Shown here: in pieces, positions 1 to 8,749 of the stretch
Numbering within the stretch: position 1 is the stretch's first letter
Layout of the letters: each line of letters begins with the position of its first letter
Source of the DNA: Planctomycetota bacterium
GTDB taxonomy: Bacteria > Planctomycetota > Planctomycetia > Planctomycetales > Planctomycetaceae
Reading direction: 5' to 3'
Assembly (NCBI GenBank): GCA_963582065.1
Contig: CAUZRQ010000013.1
Span: 910 to 64,909 of the forward strand
Length of the DNA stretch: 64,000 bases
Notes under the pieces: model-generated
Databases searched by the model: none
Seen by the model: only the letters and a program-made list of their open reading frames with translations
Told to the model about the DNA's origin: nothing
Made by a program: the position numbers and the translations under genes

Positions 1-1
1 G

Positions 2-1309
2 CTGATCAACTTCGCCACCATTTCGCATGACGCTCGTCACGCCGGGCGGGGCGGACTCGGGGCGGTGATGGGATCCAAGCGGCTCAAGGCGATCGCGGTG
101 GCCGGTGATCGGGTGGTTTCTTATGCGGATCCGGACCGCCTGGTCGAGATCTCCCGAGACCTCTCGAAACGTTCGCTCGGACCGGCCACCGCCAAGTACC
201 GCGAGTTGGGCACCGTCGACAACCTAATGACCTTCAATCGGCTCGGCTCGCTGCCGACCAGAAACTTCCAGAGCGGCGTGTTCGCCGAGGCGTCGAAGCT
301 GGCGCCGGAATCTCTCGAGGCCGATCGCAATCGGACACGCTCCAGTTGCGCCGCGTGCACGATCGGTTGCGAACACATTTATCCGCTGGTCAGGTCCGAT
401 GAAGGGGCCGGCCGCGAGAACTCGGGTGGCGTGCGGATGGAGTACGAGAATCTCTTCGCGCTGGGGCCGTTGTGCGGGGTTTCGGATCCGCAGACCGTGC
501 TCGCCGCCTCGGCCCGCTGTGACGAGTTGGGACTGGATACGATCAGTACCGGGGCGAGCATCGCGTTCGCGATGGAGTGTGCCGAGCGGGGGCTGGTCGA
601 GATTCCCGGACTGCGTTTCGGCAACGGCGACGCGATGCTGGCCATGATCGACGACATCGGGAACCGGCATGAGTGGGGCGACCTGCTGGCCGACGGCACG
701 CGGGCGGCGGCCGAGCGGATCGGGGGTGGATCGCAGTCGTTTGCTCCGCATGTGAAGGGACTTGAACTTCCCGGTTATGAACCCCGGGCACTGCAGGCGA
801 TGGCGCTGGGGTTTGCCGTCGGCACCCGCGGGGCCGACCACAACAGGTCGGGGGCCTACGAGGTCGATTTTTCGCCCGAGGTCGGTCGGATCGACGCCAG
901 CCCGGAGACAATCGAGCTGGTGGTGCGGGTCGAGGACGAGGCGGTGCTGATGGACTCGCTGATCCTCTGCAAATTCCTCCGCGGTGTCTTCGAGGATCGG
1001 GTAGCGGGAATGGCCGAACTGCTGAGACCGGTGACCGGCTGGGATGTTTCTGCGGAGGAACTTCTTGAAACCGCCGGACGGATCGTCACCGCCAAGAAAG
1101 CCTACAACATCGCACAGGGTTGGACGCCGGCCGAGGACACCCTGCCGCAGCGGTTCTTCGAGGAACCGCTGGGGGAGGGAAGCAGCCAGGGGGCACAGCT
1201 CGATCCCGATCGGCTGGCCGCCCAGATCCGGGCCTACAATCTCTTCCGCGGGTGGACTGCCGAGGGTTACGTGCCTGCGGATCGCCTGGTGGCATTGGGG
1301 TTGGCCTGA
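2..1309 (+). CDS. Aldehyde:ferredoxin oxidoreductase (AOR) family tungstopterin enzyme, 5'-truncated at window edge
   Basis: Frame is open from base 2 (LINFATISHDARHAGRGGLGAVMGSKRLKAIAV), which matches the AOR domain 1/2 junction. CAACTIGC 4Fe-4S ligand motif and AOR domain 2/3-like C-terminus. Stop at 1307-1309. Confidence 0.85.
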   Translation: MINFATISHDARHAGRGGLGAVMGSKRLKAIAVAGDRVVSYADPDRLVEISRDLSKRSLGPATAKYRELGTVDNLMTFNRLGSLPTRNFQSGVFAEASKLAPESLEADRNRTRSSCAACTIGCEHIYPLVRSDEGAGRENSGGVRMEYENLFALGPLCGVSDPQTVLAASARCDELGLDTISTGASIAFAMECAERGLVEIPGLRFGNGDAMLAMIDDIGNRHEWGDLLADGTRAAAERIGGGSQSFAPHVKGLELPGYEPRALQAMALGFAVGTRGADHNRSGAYEVDFSPEVGRIDASPETIELVVRVEDEAVLMDSLILCKFLRGVFEDRVAGMAELLRPVTGWDVSAEELLETAGRIVTAKKAYNIAQGWTPAEDTLPQRFFEEPLGEGSSQGAQLDPDRLAAQIRAYNLFRGWTAEGYVPADRLVALGLA

Positions 1310-1393
1310 TTCGGCCGCGTCGGTGTCAATTGACCTCGGTGACCGCCGGTGCGAGAATCGCTCCGTGGCCACGCTTCTTCCGAGGTGAGTCTC

Positions 1394-1747
1394 ATGGCTG
1401 AACCCTTCATCCTGATCCCCGGCCGGACCAGCCAGCAGGGCACGACGCTCAACGAGGGCAAGCATACCGAGGCGTACCGGGTGGAGATCAGCACGCTGCA
1501 GGTGGCTCCCGAGGACATGCAGCGGCTGGAACTGGCCGACGGAGATCTGGTCAGGGTCTACAACGAGGTGGGCGAATTCACGGTGCCGTGCATCACGGCC
1601 CGCGGAGACGAATTGCCGCCGGGGATGCTGTTTATCAGCTACGGTGACAACTCGAGTCGACTGATGGGTGGAGACACGCAGGGGTGCGGGATGCCCGACA
1701 GCAAGGGGCTGGACGTGTTCCTGGAAACGGCCACGGCGTCCGGGTAA
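1394..1747 (+). CDS. fwdD: Formylmethanofuran dehydrogenase subunit D-like (molybdopterin dinucleotide-binding barrel)
   Basis: ATG at 1394 inside ORF 1349..1747. The 117-aa size and the VRVYNEVGEFTVPCITARGDELPPGMLFISYG segment are typical of FwdD/FmdD. Sits directly upstream of fwdB. Confidence 0.8.
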   Translation: MAEPFILIPGRTSQQGTTLNEGKHTEAYRVEISTLQVAPEDMQRLELADGDLVRVYNEVGEFTVPCITARGDELPPGMLFISYGDNSSRLMGGDTQGCGMPDSKGLDVFLETATASG

Positions 1748-1787
1748 CCGGCGGATTCAAGACGACCAGAAGACGGAATCACAGACG

Positions 1788-3149
1788 ATGAGTGCGACCG
1801 ATGCAGCGACCGAGCCGTCACCCGGTTTGCGGGTTGTCCGGGACGCCACCTGCACCTTCTGCGGGTGCGTCTGCGATGACATGGAACTGACCGTCGAGGG
1901 CAACCACATCACCAAGGCGAAGAACGCCTGCGTGCTGGGGAAGGCCTGGTTCTTCAACCACCACATCGAGGACCGGCCCGAGGCGCTGATCGACGGCCAG
2001 CCGGCCGGCTACGACCAGGCGATGGACCGGGCGGCCGAGATCCTGCTCTCGGCCCGGTTCCCCCTGACCTACGGACTCAGCGACACCACGACCGAGGCCC
2101 AGCGGGTGGCGTTGGCGATCACCGACTGGATCGGCGGCATCGTCGACACCACCACCAGCGTCTGCCATGGGCCCTCGGGGATCGCTTTCCAGAGCGTGGG
2201 CGAGGTGACCTGTTCTCTGGGCGAGGTGAAGAACCGGGCCGATTACGTGATCTTCTGGGGCGGGAACCCGGCCGAGAGCCACCCGCGGCACTTCACCAAG
2301 TACAGCCTGATGCCCAAGGGCGAGTTCGTTCCCAACGGGCGGAAGGATCGCACTGCGGTGTTGATCGACGTGCGGAAGACCAAGAGTGCCAAGGCTGTCG
2401 ATCACTTCCTGCGGGTCAAGCCACGCCGCGATTTCGAGCTGGCGTGGGCGTTGAGGGCCCTGGCCCGGGGCGTGGAACTCGACCCGTCGATCGAGGAGAC
2501 GACCGGGATTCCGCTCGAGACGCTCGAGGAGATCATGGACGGGATGAAGAAGGCCAAGTTCGGGGTCATCCTGTTTGGCATGGGCCTGACGATGACCCGC
2601 GGCAAGCATTTCAACAGCGAGGCTGTACTCGCTCTGGCCCGCGACATGAACGAGCACACCCGTTGGAGCGCCAAGCCGATGCGGGGTCACGGCAACGTGA
2701 CCGGCGCCGACAACGTCGTCAGCTGGTCGACGGGGTACCCCTTCGGGGTGCACCTGGGCAGCGGGTTTCCGAGGTTCAACCCCGGTGAATTCACCGCGTC
2801 GGACGTGTTGGCCCGGGGCGAGGCCGACGCGGCGTTGATCATCGCCAGCGACCCGATGTCGAACTTCAGCCAGCCGGCGCGTGATCATCTCGAGGGCATC
2901 CCCAGCGTGGTACTCGATCCCAAGCTCTCCGACACCGCCCGCATCGCGTCGGTCGCGATCACCACCTCGACCTACGGCATCAACACCGGCGGCACCGTCT
3001 ACCGGATGGATGATGTGCCGATCCCGCTGCGTCCGGCATTTGATTCGCCCTACAAGAGTGACCTCGAGATCCTGCGGGGGATCGAGTCTCGGATCCGGCA
3101 GCGGCAACTGTCCGGGTCGCTCCCCGACCCGGCAGCGAGTGGCGTATGA
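1788..3149 (+). CDS. fwdB: Formylmethanofuran dehydrogenase subunit B-like (MopB superfamily catalytic subunit)
   Basis: ATG at 1788 inside ORF 1668..3149. N-terminal CTFCGCVCDD Fe-S motif. SVCHGPSG Cys-His metal-ligand motif, with the Cys codon at 2163-2165. Length is 453 aa. Confidence 0.85.
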   Translation: MSATDAATEPSPGLRVVRDATCTFCGCVCDDMELTVEGNHITKAKNACVLGKAWFFNHHIEDRPEALIDGQPAGYDQAMDRAAEILLSARFPLTYGLSDTTTEAQRVALAITDWIGGIVDTTTSVCHGPSGIAFQSVGEVTCSLGEVKNRADYVIFWGGNPAESHPRHFTKYSLMPKGEFVPNGRKDRTAVLIDVRKTKSAKAVDHFLRVKPRRDFELAWALRALARGVELDPSIEETTGIPLETLEEIMDGMKKAKFGVILFGMGLTMTRGKHFNSEAVLALARDMNEHTRWSAKPMRGHGNVTGADNVVSWSTGYPFGVHLGSGFPRFNPGEFTASDVLARGEADAALIIASDPMSNFSQPARDHLEGIPSVVLDPKLSDTARIASVAITTSTYGINTGGTVYRMDDVPIPLRPAFDSPYKSDLEILRGIESRIRQRQLSGSLPDPAASGV

Positions 3150-4798
3150 GTTCGCTGCGGATCAGCGGGGGGACGATCTACGATCCCGCCAACGGGGTCG
3201 AGGGGCACGTCGGTGACATCTGGATCGTCGACGGGCAGGTGGTCGAGGCTCCGGCCGAGCCCGACGCATCGGCCGATCGGACACTGGATGCGACCGGCCT
3301 GGTCGTGATGCCCGGCGGCATCGACATGCACTGCCACATCGCCGGGCCGAAGGTGAACACCGCCCGGAAGATGGTTCCCGATGACAAGCGGAAAGCCGAA
3401 CCGGTTCGTCGCACGCTGCTGACCCGCTCGGGCAGCGGCGGCAGTGTCCCCAGCACCTTCGCCACCGGGTACCTCTACGCCGGCCTGGGCTACACCACCG
3501 CGTTTGACGCCGCGGTCCCGCCGCTGGCCGCCCGGCACGCTCACGAGGAACTCCAGGACACCCCGGTCATCGACAAGGGGTTCTATGTCCTGATGGGCAA
3601 CAACCACTACGTGATGAAACAACTGGCTGCCGGCGAGCCCGGGCGGTTGAAGGCTTACATTGCCTGGCTGTTGCAGTCGACCAAGGGTTACGCCGCCAAG
3701 CTGGTCAACCCGGGTGGAGTCGAGGTCTGGAAGAGCGGCGGCGGGAACGTGCATGGGATCGACGAAACGGTCGATCACTTCAATGTCACTCCGAGACAGA
3801 TCATCCGGGGCGTGGCCTCCGCGGTCGGGGAACTGGGCCTGCCGCATCCGGTTCACATCCACTGCAACAACCTCGGTTTGCCTGGCAACCACGCCACGAC
3901 GATGGAGACCATGAAGTCTCTCGAGGGGCACCGTGGGCACCTGACTCATATCCAGTTCCACAGTTACGACGGCGACCCCGACGACCAGTCGACATTCGGG
4001 TCGCGGGTGCCCGAGTTGTCCGAGTACGTCAATTCGCACGAGAACCTGACGATCGATGTCGGCCAGGTGATGTTCGGCAACACCATCTCGATGACCGGTG
4101 ACGGACCGCTGGGCTATTACCTACACCAGATCACCGGCCGCAAGTGGTTCAGCGGTGATACCGAGATGGAGGCCGGGTGCGGGATCGTTCCGATCGTCTA
4201 CAAGCAGAAGAGCCTGGTGCATGCCCTGCAGTGGGCCATCGGGCTCGAGTGGTACCTGCTGGTTGACGATCCGTGGCGGATCGCCATGAGCACCGATCAT
4301 CCCAACGGGGGATCGTTCCTGGCCTATCCCGAGATCATCTCCTTGTTGATGGACCGCGAGCGTCGTCGCGAAGTGCTGGCCGGGGCACCGGCAGCCGTAT
4401 CGGACCGCTGCACGTTGAGAGATCTTGATCGGGAGTACTCACTCAACGAGATCGCGATCATCACCCGAGCCGCGCCGGCCCGCATGCTGGGACTCGCCCA
4501 CAAGGGGCATCTCGGTCCAGGAGCCGACGGTGACGTGACGCTCTACAGTCCAGACGACGACATCCAGCGGATGTTCGAACTGCCTCGATACGTGGTCAGC
4601 CGTGGCGAGGTGATCGTCGACGACGCGCAGATCGTCCGCGACACCCGCGGTCGCACACTTCATGTTGAGCCCGATTACGATCCGGATGCGGTGGACGATA
4701 TCCAGGAGTGGTTTGAGAAGACCTACTCGATCCAGTTCCGCAATTATCCGGTCGAGGATCACTACCTGCAGGATCCACTGGTTGTGCCGACCGTTTGA
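3146..4798 (+). CDS. fwdA: Formylmethanofuran dehydrogenase subunit A-like amidohydrolase
   Basis: ATGA overlap with the fwdB stop. GIDMHCHI HxH metal-binding motif of the amidohydrolase fold. The 550-aa length matches FwdA/FhcA. Confidence 0.85.
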   Translation: MSSLRISGGTIYDPANGVEGHVGDIWIVDGQVVEAPAEPDASADRTLDATGLVVMPGGIDMHCHIAGPKVNTARKMVPDDKRKAEPVRRTLLTRSGSGGSVPSTFATGYLYAGLGYTTAFDAAVPPLAARHAHEELQDTPVIDKGFYVLMGNNHYVMKQLAAGEPGRLKAYIAWLLQSTKGYAAKLVNPGGVEVWKSGGGNVHGIDETVDHFNVTPRQIIRGVASAVGELGLPHPVHIHCNNLGLPGNHATTMETMKSLEGHRGHLTHIQFHSYDGDPDDQSTFGSRVPELSEYVNSHENLTIDVGQVMFGNTISMTGDGPLGYYLHQITGRKWFSGDTEMEAGCGIVPIVYKQKSLVHALQWAIGLEWYLLVDDPWRIAMSTDHPNGGSFLAYPEIISLLMDRERRREVLAGAPAAVSDRCTLRDLDREYSLNEIAIITRAAPARMLGLAHKGHLGPGADGDVTLYSPDDDIQRMFELPRYVVSRGEVIVDDAQIVRDTRGRTLHVEPDYDPDAVDDIQEWFEKTYSIQFRNYPVEDHYLQDPLVVPTV

Positions 4799-4928
4799 GC
4801 CGGCCCGGGCAACCGGCGCTTGCCAATCGATGTCGGCTGGGTGAGAATGACCGGCCTGCAAGTCGCTTTGTCAGAGGAAAAATGACCGGCCGGTCTCAGC
4901 CGGGTTTCAGTGCAAACGGAGGGTGTTG

Positions 4929-5423
4929 ATGGCTGTTTCGATGAGGACCGGACTGGGCCTGTTGATGGCTCTGTTGTTGATTGCTGCCGATTCCGGCCAA
5001 CTGGTCGCACAGGGGACGCCGGGAAGCGGCGACTCCGGTCAGCCGCCGGCCGGTGCTCAGCAGATGCCCCCCGGGGGGATGAATGCGGGGGCGGCGAACA
5101 AGGACCAGTTCGAACAGGGCGACGTACAGATTTCCGGCGGTGGTGATCCCGAAGGTGTCGGGGCCGATGCAGCGTTGTATGAGATGCTGCCCTACATCGT
5201 GCTGGTCGTCGTGGCCGTGGTTGGAATCGTCATCTACATGGTGAAGTCCTCGTCGGGTGGTGGCGATGCGGGTCCGGTTGCTTCGGCTGAACCCGCAGCG
5301 ACTGCCGAAATCGACGGCGGCGGTGACGGCGGCGGTGACGGCGGCGGTGACGGCGGCGGTGACGGCGGCGGTGACGGCGGCGGTGATGGCGGCGGTGATG
5401 GCGGAGGTGACGGCGGCGAATAG
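4929..5423 (+). CDS. Small single-pass membrane protein with C-terminal (GGGD)8 repeat tail
   Basis: GGAGG lies 7 nt upstream of ATG 4929; the track ORF starts at GTG 4923. Signal-peptide-like N-terminus, one TM helix (MLPYIVLVVVAVVGIVIYMV), then a Gly/Asp repeat encoded by a 12-bp tandem repeat. Confidence 0.6.
   Translation: MAVSMRTGLGLLMALLLIAADSGQLVAQGTPGSGDSGQPPAGAQQMPPGGMNAGAANKDQFEQGDVQISGGGDPEGVGADAALYEMLPYIVLVVVAVVGIVIYMVKSSSGGGDAGPVASAEPAATAEIDGGGDGGGDGGGDGGGDGGGDGGGDGGGDGGGDGGE
5316..5420. repeat. Tandem 12-bp repeat (ggcggcggtgac) x ~8.7, coding (GGGD)n
   Basis: Read directly from the sequence. There are five perfect units, two with gac->gat, one with ggc->gga, and a truncated last unit that runs into the stop codon. 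Confidence 0.95.
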
Positions 5424-5483
5424 CCGGTCGGAGATTCGGCCGAAGTCGGCCTGGTTTTTCGAGACGTCTACGGGAGGGCTGCG

Positions 5484-6071
5484 ATGAACGCCGCAGTGCT
5501 GGTGGCTCTCTGGATAGGCGCCACGCCCGTAGCTGCCGCTGAGGAACCGATCGCGGGCCTCGCCAAGGCCGTTTCGGTTGACGCGTCGAGATTGACCCGG
5601 GAGGGGCTCCGCGATCGATTCCTGGTGCTGATGAAGCGGACGGCGCGGAACCGCCGTCCGCTGGCCGACCCGGCCAAGGTGGTTCCGGCGCTGGTCCGGC
5701 TGGACGAGGACCTGAGAACGACCCGGAAGCTGTCGTTTGCCGAGCGTCGCCGGAAGCATTCTGCGATCAATGGCCGGCTGGGTGATATCCTGCCGAGGTT
5801 GCAGAGGCAGCGTCGCGAGTTTGCCGGGGCACGACTCGGGCGTCGGCGGCCGTCACGCGGGACGGGCTTTTCGCTGGCCGGTCCGGCCGATGAGCGTGCC
5901 GCCGGCGAGTTGATATCGTTGATCCAGGATACGATCGCACCGGACAGTTGGGACGTGCGAGGTGGCAAGGGGACGATTCGTTACTACCCCAACTTCCACG
6001 TGCTGGTGGTCCGCAACACCGCCGAGGTGCATCGCCGGATCGGCGGGACTTTGAAGCAACTGAAGAAATGA
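5484..6071 (+). CDS. Hypothetical secreted protein
   Basis: GGGAGGG lies upstream of ATG 5484. Signal peptide MNAAVLVALWIGATPVAAA. C-terminal IQDTIAPDSWDVRGGKGTIRYYPNFHVLVVRNT motif, which recurs in planctomycete secreted proteins. No assignable function. Confidence 0.55.
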   Translation: MNAAVLVALWIGATPVAAAEEPIAGLAKAVSVDASRLTREGLRDRFLVLMKRTARNRRPLADPAKVVPALVRLDEDLRTTRKLSFAERRRKHSAINGRLGDILPRLQRQRREFAGARLGRRRPSRGTGFSLAGPADERAAGELISLIQDTIAPDSWDVRGGKGTIRYYPNFHVLVVRNTAEVHRRIGGTLKQLKK

Positions 6072-6940
6072 CAACCACAGGGAGTCGAGTCGTGAAGATG
6101 TCAACGATGTGCATGTTGGGACTGGCCGTGTTGTTCTCGACCGGCCAGAGGTTGCCGGCTGCCGGGCCGGTGCGGGTGCTGTTTGTCACCCAGAGCAAGG
6201 GGTTCCCCCACGGTGCGGTCACCCGTCGTCAGAATAACCTGGCTCCGGCCGAGATCGCCATGACACAGTTGGGCCAGCAGACCAAGCTGTTCACCGTCGA
6301 CTGCACCCAGAACTGCCAGGCCGACTTCACCGCGGCGAACCTGAAGAAGTACCGGATCGTGATGTTCTACACGACCGGCGTGCTGCCGATCACCGACAAG
6401 AATCGCGACTACTTCGTCAACACGTGGCTGAAGACCAAGGGCCACGGCTACATCGGGTTCCACTCGGCGACCGACACCTACCGCACCAAGAATCCCAAGC
6501 ACCGCTGGTACCAGGAGATCGCCGGCGGGACCTTCAACGGTCACCCGTGGGGATCGGGCAACAACGTCACCATCACCGTCCACGACACCTCGCACCCGGC
6601 GATGAAGCCGTTCGGCAAGGAGTTCCAGATCAAGGACGAGATCTACCAGTACGTCAACTGGGTGCCGAAGAACGTGCGAGTGTTGATGAGCCTGAACATG
6701 GCCAAGTGCAACCCGAAGCGTCCCTACCACGTTCCGGTCGCCTGGTGCCGCTCGTGGGGTGATGGAAAGATCTACTACTCGAACCTCGGCCACAACGAGC
6801 GGACGTGGACGAACAAGGTGGTGCTGAAGTCGACCGAGAACGCGGTCCGCTGGGTGCTGAACCTCGAATCGGGCAACGCCGCACCGAATCCGGACGTGTC
6901 GAAGTCCGAGGAAGCCAAGGCCAAGGCGGCGGTCGAGTAG
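6068..6940 (+). CDS. ThuA-domain (trehalose-utilisation-like) secreted protein
   Basis: ATGA overlap with the preceding stop; alternative starts at GTG 6092 and ATG 6098. Signal peptide, then GFHSATDT...GGTFNGHPWG...IKDEIY motifs typical of the ThuA family. Confidence 0.75.
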   Translation: MTTTGSRVVKMSTMCMLGLAVLFSTGQRLPAAGPVRVLFVTQSKGFPHGAVTRRQNNLAPAEIAMTQLGQQTKLFTVDCTQNCQADFTAANLKKYRIVMFYTTGVLPITDKNRDYFVNTWLKTKGHGYIGFHSATDTYRTKNPKHRWYQEIAGGTFNGHPWGSGNNVTITVHDTSHPAMKPFGKEFQIKDEIYQYVNWVPKNVRVLMSLNMAKCNPKRPYHVPVAWCRSWGDGKIYYSNLGHNERTWTNKVVLKSTENAVRWVLNLESGNAAPNPDVSKSEEAKAKAAVE

Positions 6941-6968
6941 TTCCGGTGCGGTGATTCGCAACGGCCGC

Positions 6969-7448
6969 TCAGATCCCCAGGATCTTCAGTGCCCAGTTGC
7001 CGAACAGCGCCGCGATCAGTGTCCAGGCGAACACCGGCTTCAACCACCCGGGACCCGGTTCGGGCAGCCCCCGGGTTCTGAGATGGTGGAGCAGGTGCAG
7101 CCTGTAGGGGAACTGGATCAACAGCCCGCAGGCCAACAGCCAGCCGGTGCGGTTGAAGCGGAAGGCTCCATCGAAGTCTCGATCGGCCAACGCGATGAAA
7201 CTGCGGGTCAGCCCGCAGCCGGCGCACTCGAAGTCGAACAGCCCCCGGCTGGCGCAGGTTTCCGGCAGCGGGAAACCGGGCAGCCAGGCGAACTCGACTC
7301 TCTGGTCGGCACGGGTCCGCAGTGACAGTGCCAGCGCGACAATCACCGTGCAGGCGATCAGCACCCTCAGATGGTGCTTGCGCTGCGACGCCGCGTGATC
7401 GACCGGTTGGACCGCCGCGGCCGGGTGGGTCGTGTCGGATTCGGTCAT
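6969..7448 (-). CDS. DUF2752-family membrane protein
   Basis: CASRGLFDFECAGCGLTRS motif (CP..G..CPGCG.TR-type) plus several TM segments. Confidence 0.7.
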   Translation of the reverse strand: MTESDTTHPAAAVQPVDHAASQRKHHLRVLIACTVIVALALSLRTRADQRVEFAWLPGFPLPETCASRGLFDFECAGCGLTRSFIALADRDFDGAFRFNRTGWLLACGLLIQFPYRLHLLHHLRTRGLPEPGPGWLKPVFAWTLIAALFGNWALKILGI

Positions 7449-7475
7449 TGGCAGACCCTTCTCCGAACGGTGCCA

Positions 7476-8666
7476 TCAGTCCATCGCCAGGACCGGCACG
7501 ATCGCTTCCTGGCACGGCCCCCCGGTGACGTGGACGGTTCCGTCGCCGTCGACAAACACGTTCACCTCGCTGCGGATGCCGAACTCGGGCAGGTAGATGC
7601 CCGGTTCAATCGAGAAGCAGGTGTTTCGCATCACGCGTCGCTGTTCGTGGGTTTCCAGGTTGTCCATGTTGGCTCCGTTGCCGTGGACCTCCTGGCCGAT
7701 GCTGTGTCCGGTGCGGTGGATGAACGCTTCGCCGTAGCCCGCCTCGACGATCACGTCGCGGCAGGCCTGGTCGACTTCCCATCCCTGCAGCAGCCGGTCC
7801 TCGGCAAATGCCCCCCTCACGCACTCGATCGCCGCGTCGCGGGCTGCGGCCACCACGGCAAACACCTCGGCGTATCGCTCGGGAACCTCGGTGCCCACGT
7901 ACCCCATCCGGGTCAGGTCGCTGTAGACGCTTTGCGGCCGGTCGACCTTGCACCACTGGTCGATCAGTACGAGGTCGTCCTGCCGGATCGCGGTGTCGTC
8001 GCCGGTGCCGGTTTCGTAGTGGGGGTTCCCCGAGTGGGCGTTGCGGGCGACGATCGGGGGGTGATAGGTGGTGGCGTCGTGGGCGCGGTAATGGTCCATG
8101 ATCACCTGCTGGATGGCGGTCTCCTGGACCTGTCCGCCCCCGGAAGTCGCCTCGGCGATCGCCCGCCAGGCCACGCCGAATGCCGAGGTGGTGATCGCTT
8201 CGGCCTCGCGGTGCATTGCCGCCTGGGCCCCGTCCCACGTGGCCTCGAATTTCTGTACGAGGTCTCCCGAGGAGATGATGTTGCAGCCCGATTCGCCGAC
8301 CAGTTCGATCGTGCCCGCGTCGATTCTCGAGACGTACGGGTTGCCGGCCCGCGGGGCGTACTCGGTGGCGACCGTATCGAGTCCCTCGAGCAGCCAGGCC
8401 ATTCCGGCCTCGAATTCCTGCCAGGCCAGGTAGACCCGGGTCTCGCCGGGGATCGCATCCAGCGCGCCGGCCTCGATGCGGTGCACCAGTTTCCTGGGTG
8501 GGCCGTCGGCACGCAGGCAACAGGCCCAGCGCCGACTGCCGGCGTGTTCACCGTCGAGTCCCAGCACGCGGCGGGCCAGCACGTTGCTGTTGCGGAAGTC
8601 GTAGAGCAGCCAGCCGTCGAGTGCGAATTCGCGGAGGGCCTGCTGGATCGGTTCGGGGTCGAACAT
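7476..8666 (-). CDS. M24-family metallopeptidase (Xaa-Pro aminopeptidase-like)
   Basis: C-terminal HRTGHSIGQEVHG...FSIEPGIY...RSEV metal-ligand motifs. I place the start at the internal Met (MFDPEPIQQALREF), codon 150 of track ORF 7476..9113. The upstream 149 codons are Arg/Pro/Gly-rich and look non-coding. Confidence 0.8.
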   Translation of the reverse strand: MFDPEPIQQALREFALDGWLLYDFRNSNVLARRVLGLDGEHAGSRRWACCLRADGPPRKLVHRIEAGALDAIPGETRVYLAWQEFEAGMAWLLEGLDTVATEYAPRAGNPYVSRIDAGTIELVGESGCNIISSGDLVQKFEATWDGAQAAMHREAEAITTSAFGVAWRAIAEATSGGGQVQETAIQQVIMDHYRAHDATTYHPPIVARNAHSGNPHYETGTGDDTAIRQDDLVLIDQWCKVDRPQSVYSDLTRMGYVGTEVPERYAEVFAVVAAARDAAIECVRGAFAEDRLLQGWEVDQACRDVIVEAGYGEAFIHRTGHSIGQEVHGNGANMDNLETHEQRRVMRNTCFSIEPGIYLPEFGIRSEVNVFVDGDGTVHVTGGPCQEAIVPVLAMD

Positions 8667-8749
8667 GGTCGATGGCCACACGGCGCAGGTCACCCCGGCG
8701 GTACCGGCGAGCAAACCGGCTCGGGTGCGGGGACGCGACGTCGGGTCGG

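Noticed and set aside
224-1465. 413-aa minus-strand ORF antisense to the AOR gene, and similar ORFs at 379..699 and 543..911
   Set aside because: The composition is Arg/Pro/Gly/His-rich and motif-free, and it is fully nested against a strongly recognisable AOR coding frame. This is a typical high-GC shadow ORF.
1818-3107. 429-aa minus-strand ORF antisense to fwdB
   Set aside because: It has no motifs and a skewed Arg/Gly/Pro/Val composition, while the opposite strand encodes an unmistakable FwdB.
5316-5420. The 12-bp direct repeats as a possible CRISPR array
   Set aside because: The units are contiguous with no spacers, only 12 bp long, and lie in frame inside a CDS. It is a coding microsatellite, not a CRISPR array.
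4896-5759. 287-aa minus-strand ORF containing (VTAA)n
   Set aside because: The repeat is simply the reverse-complement reading of the (GGGD)n 12-bp repeat. The remainder is Arg/Pro-rich and overlaps two better plus-strand genes.
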